From assembly GCF_000150275.1 (NCBI RefSeq), contig NW_002061055.1:3806-14323 (forward strand): a DNA stretch of 10,518 nt. The letters run 5' to 3'. The notes beneath the pieces were generated by a model. It had not been told where the DNA came from. It did no database searches and was given only the letters and a program-made list of their open reading frames with translations. This stretch comes from Trichoplax adhaerens. Taxonomy: Eukaryota > Animalia > Placozoa. The stretch's first letter is position 1; every line of letters starts with the position of its first letter. Below, piece by piece: positions 9,540-10,518 of the stretch. Made by a program: the position numbers and the translations under genes.

Positions 9540-10300
9540 ACGAACATATCTAAAAACTATAGTGAAACTAAATGCACTTCCACAGTGTAAAAGCATCTGC
9601 AAATGTATCGTGCTTCTATGATGATATATAATAATCTGGCTCGATTTCATTACTGCAGCATTTGTATCATCTTATGTAGTCAGTGTTGAGAATAAATTAT
9701 ACTGCACATTATATTGCATTTAAGCTTAAACTACTCATTGAGCAATTTTACAATAAACTGAAGGAATTACTGTGTAGGTGAATATGATTTACTGGTATAT
9801 CAATACTAACAAATCTCGTGTCTGTGCATTCCATTTGGGTGAACTTGAATGGGTTTTAAAAATATGTAAATCGCAGATCTATGATAGGAAAATTGAACTC
9901 AATCATTGCTTACAAATATTTCAATTACCAAGGCGAGCAGTTATTTAGAATTTATATTTAATAATGAGCAAGTTTGGAATCAGAAATTATATTAACGAAC
10001 TAAAGGCGATAAAAAGTCTAACCCTAACTCTGATATTAAATTTATTTGCGTTAAGAAATACGAGAGAGTTTTTAAATAATATAAACATCATGAAGTAGTT
10101 GATGATTCTTACAAATCTAGTTTAATTCTATATGTGGAATCTAAATTGCTGATGGATTATGAAACAGATTAATGCAATGCACGAAATGAAAATTCTAAGT
10201 TTGTACATTAACGCCTTCTAGCTCTTGATACTTAAAGTAAAATACCTTCCAATTTAGGGTACATAAAGTATAGTCTACAATTTGCTATTACACATTCTTT
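9540..10300 (+). pseudogene. Decayed TPR-repeat coding region
   Basis: TPR-like fragments on the plus strand: NYSETK.....*KHLQMYRASMMIYNNLARFHY (9555-9653), AFHLGELEW..IYDRKIELNHCLQIF (9826-9921), KHHEVVDDSYKSSLILY (10083-10133) and SNLGYIKYSL (10248-10277). They are separated by stops and frame changes. Confidence 0.45.
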
Positions 10301-10518
10301 TTGTAGTATGACATTAAATTTTTATTATTGTTCGAGCTTGCTGATTCAAAAATTACTTTTATTATACGACGCTCTATGAAGATGTTTGATCTTTGTAAAC
10401 TCACAATGGAGAATCTATAAACGCTATTTAGGTGCATCTCCATTAGCACGAATAATTAAAAAGCAAGTGATGAAATCTCGTAATCAATAGTTCTAACGTT
10501 ACAGAATTACATATTGCT

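Noticed and set aside
1-10518. Alternative genetic code (TGA=Trp or TAA/TAG=Gln) explaining the lack of ORFs; TGA sits at plausible Trp positions at 1783-1781, 2952-2950, 3107-3105 and 4383-4381
   Set aside because: The same relics also contain TAA/TAG stops, frameshifts and deletions, and recoding gives no coherent long gene in the regions I translated. TGG>TGA transitions in pseudogenes explain the pattern.
1-10518. Prokaryotic or phage systems, CRISPR arrays, rRNA/tRNA genes
   Set aside because: No regularly spaced repeats, no operon-like ORF density and no recognisable structural RNA gene seen.

Overview
AT-rich (roughly 30% GC by eye) DNA with no intact long ORF and no prokaryotic gene organisation. 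It reads as eukaryotic, most likely animal, nuclear DNA; the LGR, rhodopsin-like GPCR and TPR relics are reminiscent of a placozoan-type genome, but that is inference. Manual translation through stops and frameshifts shows a dense field of decayed genes. On the minus strand there are two tandem relics of an Lcp/mpaB-like (DUF2236) heme-oxygenase-domain gene (~156-1074 and ~1359-2480), a class A GPCR pseudogene (~2577-3760) and a leucine-rich-repeat GPCR (LGR) pseudogene (~3790-5850). On the plus strand there is a decayed TPR-repeat region (~9540-10300) and a few candidate exons downstream of a palindrome-rich, promoter-like stretch. A ~530-bp unclassified repeat occurs twice in inverted orientation (1850-2376 and 6381-6920). 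All protein-family calls rest on motif recognition by eye and boundaries are approximate.
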